Of a DNA stretch of 23,129 nt, positions 7,224 to 14,530 are shown piece by piece. Source of the DNA: Elusimicrobiota bacterium (GTDB lineage Bacteria > Elusimicrobiota > Elusimicrobia > F11); the NCBI GenBank assembly GCA_046153645.1, contig JBJXGI010000025.1, positions 1 through 23,129 on the forward strand. Direction: 5' to 3'. Position 1 is the first letter of the stretch. The number at the start of each line of letters is the position of its first letter. Both the position numbers and the translations under genes were made by a program. The notes below the pieces were generated by a model. The model was not told the DNA's origin, made no database searches, and saw nothing but the letters and a program-made list of their open reading frames with translations.

Positions 7224-8606
7224 ATGATTGAACATGATTTAAGTTTATTGCCTTTAAAAATGACCAAGGCTCGCATTCCCTTAGCGGTGCTTTCTGAGGC
7301 CAAAAAGAGAGTTTTAGATACTTTGGGATGTTATTTTGGGGCTTTTAATGCCAAACCTGTTTCAATTCTTCGAGAAGTGATGTCTCGGGAAGTTCAAGGC
7401 TATCATGTGATATGGGGAACTCAAAAAAGAGTGTCTCCTGAGGTTGCCGCTTGGTGTAATGGAACAGGCGTTCGTGCGCTTGATTATAACGATACTTACC
7501 TCTCTAAAGAACCTTGTCATCCGAGTGATATTATTTCATCCCTTTTCGTTGCCGCTGAATTATCAAAAAATCGCTCATCAGGGTTAGATTTATTAAAAGC
7601 CATTGTTCTCGGTTATGATGTGATGTGTCGACTATGTGATGCCACTTCCCTTCGAACTCGAGGATGGGATCATGTGACGTATTTGCCCTTAGCAAGTGCG
7701 GTGGCTTGTTCTTATTTACTCGAACTAACACCAGATGAGACAAAGAATGCCATTGCCCTATCTATTATTGGTCATTCGGCCATGAGGCAAACAAGAGTGG
7801 GAGAAATATCTGATTGGAAAGCTTCTTGTGCTTCTTATGCGGCGAGAGCCGGTTTGTGGGCAGCTCGATTGGCCAAAGAAGGCTTTACAGGGCCATCAGA
7901 TATTTTTTCTGGGAAGCATGGTTTTTTTCATCAGGTGTCGGGTTCATTTGAACTTAACTTAAAGAGTTTTGGAAAAAGATGGAGAATTTTAGACACACAC
8001 ACAAAGTTTTTTCCAGCAGAGCATCATGCCCAAAGCGCCATTGAAGCTGCCGTGATGATAGGGTCAGAGCTTCGTAACCAAGATATTCAAAAAATTGAGA
8101 TTGTGTGTTTTGATGTGGCTGTTTCAATTATTGGCAGCGAAAAAGAAAAATGGATTCCAAAAACAAGAGAGACAGCTGATCACAGTATGCCCTATCTTGT
8201 GGCGGCCGCATTGGTGGAAGGAAATGTGAATCTTTATCAATATGAGTCAAAACTTTTTACCAAGAAAAATATTCAAAGGTTGATGGCAATGACGGTGGTT
8301 AAGTCGTCCAAAATTTATACCCAACATTATCCTAAGAAGATGGGGACCCTGTTGAGAGTGCAGACTCGCAATAAATCAAATGGAAAAATTGAATGGAGAG
8401 AGTCAGAAGTCTTATTGCCAAGGGGATACTCCGGTAACCCCATGAGTTGGGAAGAGGTTGAAAATAAATTTACAAATCTAACGAAAGGCGATCATTCTTC
8501 TGGTCTTCTTCTTCGCGCGCATCAGCAACGAAAAATAATAGAAGCTTGTGCTTCATTAGATGAAATTGATGATATGAAAGTTTTTTCTCAATTGCTGAGC
8601 GAATGA
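7224..8606 (+). CDS. prpD: 2-methylcitrate dehydratase (MmgE/PrpD family)
   Basis: Motifs RALDYNDTYLSKEPCHPSD, GWDHV, RQTRVGEISDWK, KFFPAEHHAQ and RETADHSMPY. Confidence 0.93.
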   Translation: MIEHDLSLLPLKMTKARIPLAVLSEAKKRVLDTLGCYFGAFNAKPVSILREVMSREVQGYHVIWGTQKRVSPEVAAWCNGTGVRALDYNDTYLSKEPCHPSDIISSLFVAAELSKNRSSGLDLLKAIVLGYDVMCRLCDATSLRTRGWDHVTYLPLASAVACSYLLELTPDETKNAIALSIIGHSAMRQTRVGEISDWKASCASYAARAGLWAARLAKEGFTGPSDIFSGKHGFFHQVSGSFELNLKSFGKRWRILDTHTKFFPAEHHAQSAIEAAVMIGSELRNQDIQKIEIVCFDVAVSIIGSEKEKWIPKTRETADHSMPYLVAAALVEGNVNLYQYESKLFTKKNIQRLMAMTVVKSSKIYTQHYPKKMGTLLRVQTRNKSNGKIEWRESEVLLPRGYSGNPMSWEEVENKFTNLTKGDHSSGLLLRAHQQRKIIEACASLDEIDDMKVFSQLLSE

Positions 8607-8610
8607 ATTT

Positions 8611-9477
8611 GTGATTAAAAAAAATCCATCGTTGGTTTTTCGCCAATCCCTTAAAAGAGGCCCTTTTATTTTACCGGGAGCCTTTGATGTTTTGAGTTCA
8701 CTCTTAATCGAACAGCAAGGATTTAAGGGGGTTTACTTGAGTGGTGGAGGCCTTTCTGTCAGTTATTTAGGTAAGCCCGATATGGGTTTTCTTCAGCGGG
8801 AAGATATTATTTCTCAAACGAAAAGAATAACGGAAGTTGTCAAAACGCCATTGATTGTTGATATCGATACTGGTTTTGGCGGGCCTCAAGAAGTCGCAAA
8901 AACAATCCGATATTTAGAAGAAGCGGGTGCCGCCGGCGTTCAGCTTGAAGATCAAGTGACACAGAAAAGATGTGGTCATTTAGAGGGGAAATCGGTTATT
9001 CCATTGTCGCAAATGGTTTTAAAAGTGAAGGCAGCTGTTCAAGCCAAAAAGAATTCAAATTTTATTATTGTTGCCAGGACAGATGCGAGGTCAGTGGAAG
9101 GTTTAGAAGCGGCTTTGATTCGTGCTGAAGCTTATCAGCGCGCTGGGGCGGATGTTATTTTTCCAGAAGGTCTCATGAGCAAAGCTGAGTTTTTGGCCTT
9201 TGGGCAAAAAAAGACACTTGGAACCCTTATGGCAAATATGACAGAATTTGGTTGTTCCCCAGCGCTTTCAGTTTCTGACCTGGTTTCCATGGGATACCGC
9301 ATTATTCTTTATCCAATGACAGCCTTTCGGGTGGCGGCCTTTTCCATGAAAGAGGCTCTTTTGAAGCTTAAGCAACAAGGGCACAGTCGTGATCTCCAAA
9401 AGAAAATGCAAACAAGGTCCGATCTCTATAAATTAATTAACTACAAAGCGAAAGTATTAAATCGTCATTTTCGATAA
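8611..9477 (+). CDS. prpB: 2-methylisocitrate lyase (ICL/PEP mutase family)
   Basis: Motifs YLSGG, VDIDTGFG, QLEDQ, catalytic KRCGH, ARTDA and ANMTEFG. 288 aa, flanked by prpD and prpC. Confidence 0.92.
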   Translation: MIKKNPSLVFRQSLKRGPFILPGAFDVLSSLLIEQQGFKGVYLSGGGLSVSYLGKPDMGFLQREDIISQTKRITEVVKTPLIVDIDTGFGGPQEVAKTIRYLEEAGAAGVQLEDQVTQKRCGHLEGKSVIPLSQMVLKVKAAVQAKKNSNFIIVARTDARSVEGLEAALIRAEAYQRAGADVIFPEGLMSKAEFLAFGQKKTLGTLMANMTEFGCSPALSVSDLVSMGYRIILYPMTAFRVAAFSMKEALLKLKQQGHSRDLQKKMQTRSDLYKLINYKAKVLNRHFR

Positions 9478-9496
9478 TAAAGATTGGGAATGACGA
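9462..9496 (+). other. Intercistronic RNA hairpin overlapping the prpB stop codon
   Basis: TCGTCATT/AATGACGA forms a perfect 8-bp stem, extended to 14 bp with three G-U pairs. 7-nt loop, no U-tract. Confidence 0.55.
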
Positions 9497-9522
9497 ATAA
9501 CAAATGTTGAAGGAAATTCATT

Positions 9523-10671
9523 ATGATTGAAACTAAAACCGCCTTACCAGAAGGATACAAACCTGGACTTGAAGGCGTCATCGCTGGTGTTAGTAATATT
9601 TCAGAGGTCAATTCTGAAAAAGATACATTGTGTTATCGTGGCTATGCGGCTCATGAATGCGCTGAAAAAGGAACCTATGAAGAAATTGCCTATCTCATGC
9701 TTCTGGGTAAACTTCCCAATTCTTCTGAACTAAAAGATTTCAAAGATGAATTGTCCGCTTCTCGAGAACTTCCTTTAGCGCTTCTTTCTCATATAAAACT
9801 TTTCCCGAAATCAGCACATCCCATGGTTATTTTAAGGACGGCTATTTCGATTGCACAAACATTGGACGTTGACGGTGATAAATCAGGTCACTCTGCTAAT
9901 TTAGCCAAAGCAAAACGACTCATTGCATTAACTCCGACAATTATAGCTGCCACTCAACGGTTTCAAAATAATCAAGAAATTATTTCTCCTGATCCTTCTT
10001 TGGGACATGCCGCTAACTTTCTCTATATGATTTCTGGTAAAAAACCAGATGAACAAGTGGCAAAAATCTTTGATGCCAGCCAAGTTCTTTATGCTGAACA
10101 TGGTTATAACGCTTCTACTTTTTCCGCTCGCGTGACCGCTTCAACTTTATCTGACATGCACTCGGCTATTGTTTCAGCTGTTGGAACATTAAAAGGTCCT
10201 CTTCACGGGGGAGCCAATGAAGCGGCGATCGATATGCTTCTTAAAATTGGGGATGTTGAACAAGTTGAATCCTGGTTAAAGGCGACGTTAGAAAGAAAAG
10301 AAAAGGTGATGGGGTTTGGTCACCGCGTTTACAAAAAACAAGATTCCCGTGCGCCTTTTATGAAAATTTTGGCTAAGAAAATGTCAGAGCGAGTAGGGAA
10401 TATGAAGCTTTATGAGATTTCGAATAAACTTGAAGAGTTAATTAAAAAAGAGAAAAATTTATTCCCGAATGTCGATTATCATTGCGCTGTTGCCTATTAC
10501 TTAATGGGCTTACCCATCGTCACCTATACACCCATATTTGCCATGGCTCGAATGGCAGGATGGGCGGCTCATGTGATTGAACAGCATGATGCCAATCGGC
10601 TTATTCGCCCGGAATGTATTTATTCCGGAGAAAAAGATTTGCCCTTTTTACCAATAGAAAAAAGAATTTAA
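9523..10671 (+). CDS. prpC: 2-methylcitrate synthase / short-type citrate synthase
   Basis: Motifs PGLEGV, YAEHGYNASTF, GPLHGGANE, MGFGHRVYK and FPNVD. 382 aa, in prpD/prpB context. Confidence 0.88.
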   Translation: MIETKTALPEGYKPGLEGVIAGVSNISEVNSEKDTLCYRGYAAHECAEKGTYEEIAYLMLLGKLPNSSELKDFKDELSASRELPLALLSHIKLFPKSAHPMVILRTAISIAQTLDVDGDKSGHSANLAKAKRLIALTPTIIAATQRFQNNQEIISPDPSLGHAANFLYMISGKKPDEQVAKIFDASQVLYAEHGYNASTFSARVTASTLSDMHSAIVSAVGTLKGPLHGGANEAAIDMLLKIGDVEQVESWLKATLERKEKVMGFGHRVYKKQDSRAPFMKILAKKMSERVGNMKLYEISNKLEELIKKEKNLFPNVDYHCAVAYYLMGLPIVTYTPIFAMARMAGWAAHVIEQHDANRLIRPECIYSGEKDLPFLPIEKRI

Positions 10672-10695
10672 ATTATTAGAATCTGGAGTTAATAA

Positions 10696-12075
10696 ATGAT
10701 CAGTCACAAAAAAATCAAATCTACCCTTCTTCTTGGAGGTTTGGCATTTTGTTTTTATTCTTATCCCTCACATCTTCACGCTACTGCCGATGAACAAACT
10801 CTCATCATTGGGAAAAAAGTTTATGAAGCTCATTGCGCCAGGTGTCATGGCCTGGATGGGAAAGGTGCTGGTTCCGATTGGCAACGACTTCCTGTTCGAC
10901 CGCGGGATTTAACTTCTGGAAAATTTAAATTTAAAAGCACCATGTCTGGTACTCCACCAACAGATGCTGATATTAAATACACATTAACCAAAGGCTTGGC
11001 TGGAAGCGGAATGCCCAGTTTTGCCAATCTAGACAATGTTTCTATGAATGGGGTTATTCAATACATAAAATCTTTTTCAACCATATTTAATGAATATCAA
11101 CCAAAACCCTTGGCAAATCCCTCCAATATGAAAGGGAAAGTAGACCTTAAGAAGGGGCAAGAAATTTATGCGAAATTACAGTGTGCGTTGTGTCATGGCA
11201 ACGGTGGGCGTGCCAATGGGGCCTCAGCCTTTACCTTAAATGATTCATGGGGATTTCCGATTAAACCAGCAAATTTAGAGCATGGTTGGACGTATCGTGG
11301 CGGCTCCAAGCCCATCGATGTTTATCATCGTATTATGGCTGGAATTGAAGGAGCGCCTATGCCTTCTTATGATGGTGCCGTGAGTCCAGAAGATGCGTGG
11401 CAGTTGTCGAATTATGTTTCTTCTCTTCAGCTTGATGCCAATTGGATTTATGAAATAATCGCAGTGAAAGTTGATTCATTGCCTGCAACCTACGGCGATC
11501 CAAAGTGGGAGAGAGCACCAAAAACAAATATTAATCTCCAGGGGTACCATTATAAAGATGGAAAAATGAAACAACCCTCTATTAAAGAGATCTCCGCTCA
11601 AGTGCTTTTGGGTCAAGATCATTTGGCGTTTAGATTAAGTTGGGCTGACCCCGTTTTAAATGACAAAACGACCTCCGATGCCATGATGATTTCTGTTTTT
11701 CCAAAAAATCATGATGGTGATCCTCGAGCCAATTTACACTCGCTTTATACACCCAATTCCTCTGCGCTTGATGTGATGCTTTGGAAAGCATCTGAGCCTA
11801 CTATTATTGGCCAAGGAAATGGAAATTTAAGCGCAGTCACTCGACCTGGTTGGATTCCAACAAACTCATATAATTCAACGGCTGAATATAAAGATGGCCT
11901 CTGGACATTGGTATTTACTCTTCCTTTAGGGGCAGATAGCCCTTTTGGCAAAGATTCAGAGTCAAGAATTGGATTTTCTGCATGGGATGGGTATGAGAGC
12001 GAATCTGGGTTAGATTACTCTGCGTCTCAATGGATCCGATTAATTAAAGAGTCCAAGGGAATAAAACATCACTAA
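10696..12075 (+). CDS. Secreted dihaem cytochrome c with C-terminal EbdC-like (DMSO-reductase gamma / DOMON-type) domain
   Basis: Signal peptide. CARCH (C47) and CALCH (C163), each followed by a MPS distal-Met motif. The C-terminal domain has FRLSWAD, YKDGLWTLVF and AWDG...S.W. Confidence 0.82.
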   Translation: MISHKKIKSTLLLGGLAFCFYSYPSHLHATADEQTLIIGKKVYEAHCARCHGLDGKGAGSDWQRLPVRPRDLTSGKFKFKSTMSGTPPTDADIKYTLTKGLAGSGMPSFANLDNVSMNGVIQYIKSFSTIFNEYQPKPLANPSNMKGKVDLKKGQEIYAKLQCALCHGNGGRANGASAFTLNDSWGFPIKPANLEHGWTYRGGSKPIDVYHRIMAGIEGAPMPSYDGAVSPEDAWQLSNYVSSLQLDANWIYEIIAVKVDSLPATYGDPKWERAPKTNINLQGYHYKDGKMKQPSIKEISAQVLLGQDHLAFRLSWADPVLNDKTTSDAMMISVFPKNHDGDPRANLHSLYTPNSSALDVMLWKASEPTIIGQGNGNLSAVTRPGWIPTNSYNSTAEYKDGLWTLVFTLPLGADSPFGKDSESRIGFSAWDGYESESGLDYSASQWIRLIKESKGIKHH

Positions 12076-12841
12076 TATAAAAGTAAGCGGGAGTGGAACC
12101 CCGCTTGTTTTTTTGCACGCGTTCCCTTTGTCAAAAGCGATGTGGGAACAGACGCATCATTTTTTTTCTAAGAATTTCCAAGTTATATCATTAGACCTTC
12201 CTGGGTTTGGTTATTCTCCAGAGGCCAAACATGTTCATACCATGGATTTTATGGCTGAACAGGTTGAATTCCAACTATCAAAAATTATTCAAAATCAAAA
12301 AATAGTCCTCTCCGGTATCTCAATGGGGGGATATGTTGGGCTGCGGTATTTTAAAATGTTCCCTGAGAAAATTCGCGCATTGGGCCTTATCTCAACACGG
12401 GCATTACCCGATTCGCTTGAAACGAAAGAAAAACGAAAACAAAATATCGCCTTAATTGAATCCGCTGGTGTTTCCGCATTTGCTGAGCGTATGATTCCGG
12501 CTTTATTGGGAAAAGAAAGTTTTGAATCCGATAAGATGTTGGTGAATAAGGTGAGAGAAGAAATAATTAAAAATAAGCCTGAGGGGTTGTCTGCTGCTTT
12601 AAGAGGAATGGCTGAAAGGTTTGATTCCACTGCGCTTTTGTCAGATATCAATTGCCCGGTCTTGGTGCTCTCCGGAGAAGAAGATTCTGTTATTCCTTCC
12701 TCAGAAATGGAAAAAATGGCCCATCAGTTGAGAAAAGCTGATTTCCGGGTGATAAAAAAAGCAGGGCATCTTCTCCCTCTTGAACAATCAAATATGTTTC
12801 ACGAATCTTTTCTTTCGTTCTTAAAGAAAAATGTGTTGTAA
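12068..12841 (+). CDS. Alpha/beta hydrolase (PcaD / enol-lactonase-like); true start probably non-canonical, upstream of TTG 12113
   Basis: Motifs GSGTPLVFLHAFP, DLPGFG, nucleophile GISMGG, GEEDSVIP and AGHLLP. The frame is open from 12065. AAGGGA (12055-60) lies 7 nt before ATC 12068. Confidence 0.85.
   Translation: MTNIKVSGSGTPLVFLHAFPLSKAMWEQTHHFFSKNFQVISLDLPGFGYSPEAKHVHTMDFMAEQVEFQLSKIIQNQKIVLSGISMGGYVGLRYFKMFPEKIRALGLISTRALPDSLETKEKRKQNIALIESAGVSAFAERMIPALLGKESFESDKMLVNKVREEIIKNKPEGLSAALRGMAERFDSTALLSDINCPVLVLSGEEDSVIPSSEMEKMAHQLRKADFRVIKKAGHLLPLEQSNMFHESFLSFLKKNVL
12085..12114 (+). terminator. Intrinsic terminator-like hairpin after the cytochrome gene, inside the hydrolase 5' coding region
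   Basis: AAGCGGG-agtggaac-CCCGCTT followed by G and T7. It begins 10 nt after the cytochrome stop. Confidence 0.6.
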
Positions 12842-12856
12842 AAGACACGTTTGAGG

Positions 12857-12911
12857 TAGACAAAAAAATGTTTATCAGGTAACCTTTTAGTATCTAAAAA
12901 GTTACCAGGAG
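12857..12911 (+). promoter_or_regulatory. Promoter and operator inverted repeat of TA operon 2
   Basis: TAGACA (12857-62), 17 nt, TAACCT (12880-85). Inverted repeat GGTAACcTTTTAG-tat-CTAAAAaGTTACC (12878-12906, 12/13 paired). SD AGGAG at 12907-11. Confidence 0.62.
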
Positions 12912-12916
12912 ATAGT

Positions 12917-13282
12917 ATGAATGTTATTGGTTTGTTTCGGTCCACTGAATATATTGGAGCCAAAGAACTTAGGGTTCATTTGGATAAAATATTGAAAAGT
13001 AATCACCCTCTTCGAGTGATGCTTCATAATAAACCCACTGTTGCCATCATTCCGGATGATAAATATATGGAGCTTTTAGAGTTCATGGAGGATATGCGCG
13101 AGTCTGGATTGTTATCGAAAGCGGTGAAAAGGTTTCATTCTAAAAGTCGTAAAAAAAATGCTTGGTTTTGGAGTGAAGAGTGGCAGAAAGGTGAAAAGGA
13201 AGTAGAAAAGGAAATTCGTTTTGGAAAAAAGCCCCGCCGCGCAGCATCAGCAAAAGATATTATTGACGAATTAAATACATGA
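12917..13282 (+). CDS. Type II antitoxin: Phd/YefM-like N-terminus plus WFWxxEWQ C-terminal domain
   Basis: IGAKELRVHLDKIL...MLHNKPTVAIIP is Phd-like. It is followed by NAWFWSEEWQKGEKEVEKEI..G. ATGA overlap with the toxin. Confidence 0.75.
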   Translation: MNVIGLFRSTEYIGAKELRVHLDKILKSNHPLRVMLHNKPTVAIIPDDKYMELLEFMEDMRESGLLSKAVKRFHSKSRKKNAWFWSEEWQKGEKEVEKEIRFGKKPRRAASAKDIIDELNT

Positions 13283-13539
13283 TTTTTGAGCGCTCAAAAC
13301 ATTTTAAAAAATGTTATCAAGCCCTCCCTGATAAAATAAAGAAGAAAGTTAATAAAGCTCTTTTTTTTATGGAAAAAAATCCTCGTCACCCTTCGCTCAA
13401 TGTTGAAAAATTGGAAGGAAATGAAAATATCTGGTCAGGACGGATTGATAGAGATTACCGGTTTACTTTTCAATGGATTCCTGGTGGAGTATTTTTACGG
13501 AAAGTGGGATCACATGAAAATAGTTACAGAAAACCTTAG
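13279..13539 (+). CDS. RelE/ParE-superfamily toxin (probable mRNA interferase)
   Basis: Basic 86-aa protein with SKHFKKCYQALP, NPRHPSLNVEKL, WSGRIDRDYRFTF and LRKVGSH. Confidence 0.85.
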   Translation: MIFERSKHFKKCYQALPDKIKKKVNKALFFMEKNPRHPSLNVEKLEGNENIWSGRIDRDYRFTFQWIPGGVFLRKVGSHENSYRKP

Positions 13540-13542
13540 CGT

Positions 13543-13573
13543 GGAACCAATTTTATCGATGATGTGTTATAAT
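13543..13573 (+). promoter_or_regulatory. Autoregulatory ECF promoter (GGAAC-N18-GTT) overlapping a sigma70 extended -10
   Basis: GGAAC 13543-47 and GTT 13566-68 give exactly 18-nt spacing, matching the SigR/SigH consensus. TGnTATAAT occupies 13565-73. Confidence 0.7.
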
Positions 13574-13577
13574 GGCC

Positions 13578-14258
13578 ATGACTAAAATTGAAACACTTCC
13601 CCAAATAAATATGAGTCATACGATCGACGAAAAAACCAGTAAAGAATTTTCTGACATTGCTTTTCCTTTTATGGATGAGATGTATGCTGGCGCCTTAAGA
13701 ATGACCAGAAACCCTCAAGGCGCGGAAGATTTGGTTTCAGAAGTATTCACCAAAGCCTGGAAATCGTTTCATCAATTTGAACGCGGTACCAATATGCGTG
13801 CTTGGCTTTATCGAATCCTCACGAATTCCTATATCAATCAATATCGGCAAAAAAAACGTACTGGAGTTCCCGTTAATATTGATCAATATGAGAATCAAGA
13901 TGAATTTTATATTTACAATAAAATTGCAGAGACGACTGAGGATAAAAATCAAGATCCTGCTAAAGTAATAGCTGAAAAATTTGCGGAGCAAGATATTTTG
14001 TCTGCAATGGATAAACTCCCCGATGGATATCGTGAAACCGTTATCTTGTCTGATTTGCAGAGTTTATCGTATGAAGAAATTGCTAAATCGTTAGATATTC
14101 CTATAGGAACTGTTCGTTCTCGTTTAAATCGCGGGCGCCGATTACTTCAAAAAATGCTTTGGGATGAAGCGGTCCGCTCAGGATATGTCACTGATAAAAA
14201 AATGAACCCTATGAAACGCTGGTCATTTAGGCTTTTTCGATCTCTAGGAGGGAAGTAA
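13578..14258 (+). CDS. ECF RNA polymerase sigma factor, SigH/SigR-like (start may be 13572, 13578 or 13611)
   Basis: Region 2: [39 protein letters not shown]. Region 4: [23 protein letters not shown]. Confidence 0.93.
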   Translation: MTKIETLPQINMSHTIDEKTSKEFSDIAFPFMDEMYAGALRMTRNPQGAEDLVSEVFTKAWKSFHQFERGTNMRAWLYRILTNSYINQYRQKKRTGVPVNIDQYENQDEFYIYNKIAETTEDKNQDPAKVIAEKFAEQDILSAMDKLPDGYRETVILSDLQSLSYEEIAKSLDIPIGTVRSRLNRGRRLLQKMLWDEAVRSGYVTDKKMNPMKRWSFRLFRSLGGK

Positions 14259-14261
14259 CAT

Positions 14262-14486
14262 ATGGCCAGTTGTGAGAAAATTCTCCATAGTATTTGGGAG
14301 TATTTAGATGGAGAAACGACAGTTGCTAGTAAAAATGATGTCGATAAACATTTGGAGCTTTGCAGAGGCTGTTTTTCTCGCTTTGAATTTGAAAAAACTC
14401 TTAGAGAGCAAATGAAAAATAAAACTTTTAAATCATGCCCCGAATCAATTAAAAAGAAAATACAAGACCTAATAAAACGCTATTAA
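14262..14486 (+). CDS. Zinc-binding anti-sigma factor (ZAS / zf-HC2, RsrA/RshA-like, soluble)
   Basis: C4...YLDGE...HLELCRGC (HxxxCxxC) and a C-terminal CP. No TM helix. Starts 3 nt after the sigma stop, with SD AGGAGG. Confidence 0.92.
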   Translation: MASCEKILHSIWEYLDGETTVASKNDVDKHLELCRGCFSRFEFEKTLREQMKNKTFKSCPESIKKKIQDLIKRY

Positions 14487-14530
14487 AAAAATGAATCATT
14501 TCGATATTTAACCAGTTAATAACTCTCCTC

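Noticed and set aside
8611..9477. Glyoxylate-cycle isocitrate lyase (aceA) or PEP mutase
   Set aside because: The 288-aa length, the KRCGH motif and the prpD/prpC context point to methylisocitrate lyase.
10696..12075. Evidence for a nitrite oxidoreductase or ethylbenzene dehydrogenase complex
   Set aside because: No molybdopterin alpha or Fe-S beta subunit is in the window, and the canonical ligands appear altered.
13578..14258. FecI-type iron-uptake sigma partnered with the FecR-like proteins
   Set aside because: The sigma has its own ZAS anti-sigma and a SigR-type promoter, and no TonB receptor is nearby.
14489..14519. Short palindromes AAATGA-a-TCATTT and TTAAC-ca-GTTAA before the GT2 gene
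   Set aside because: They are short and AT-only-rich, which is expected by chance in this composition, and no cognate regulator is evident.
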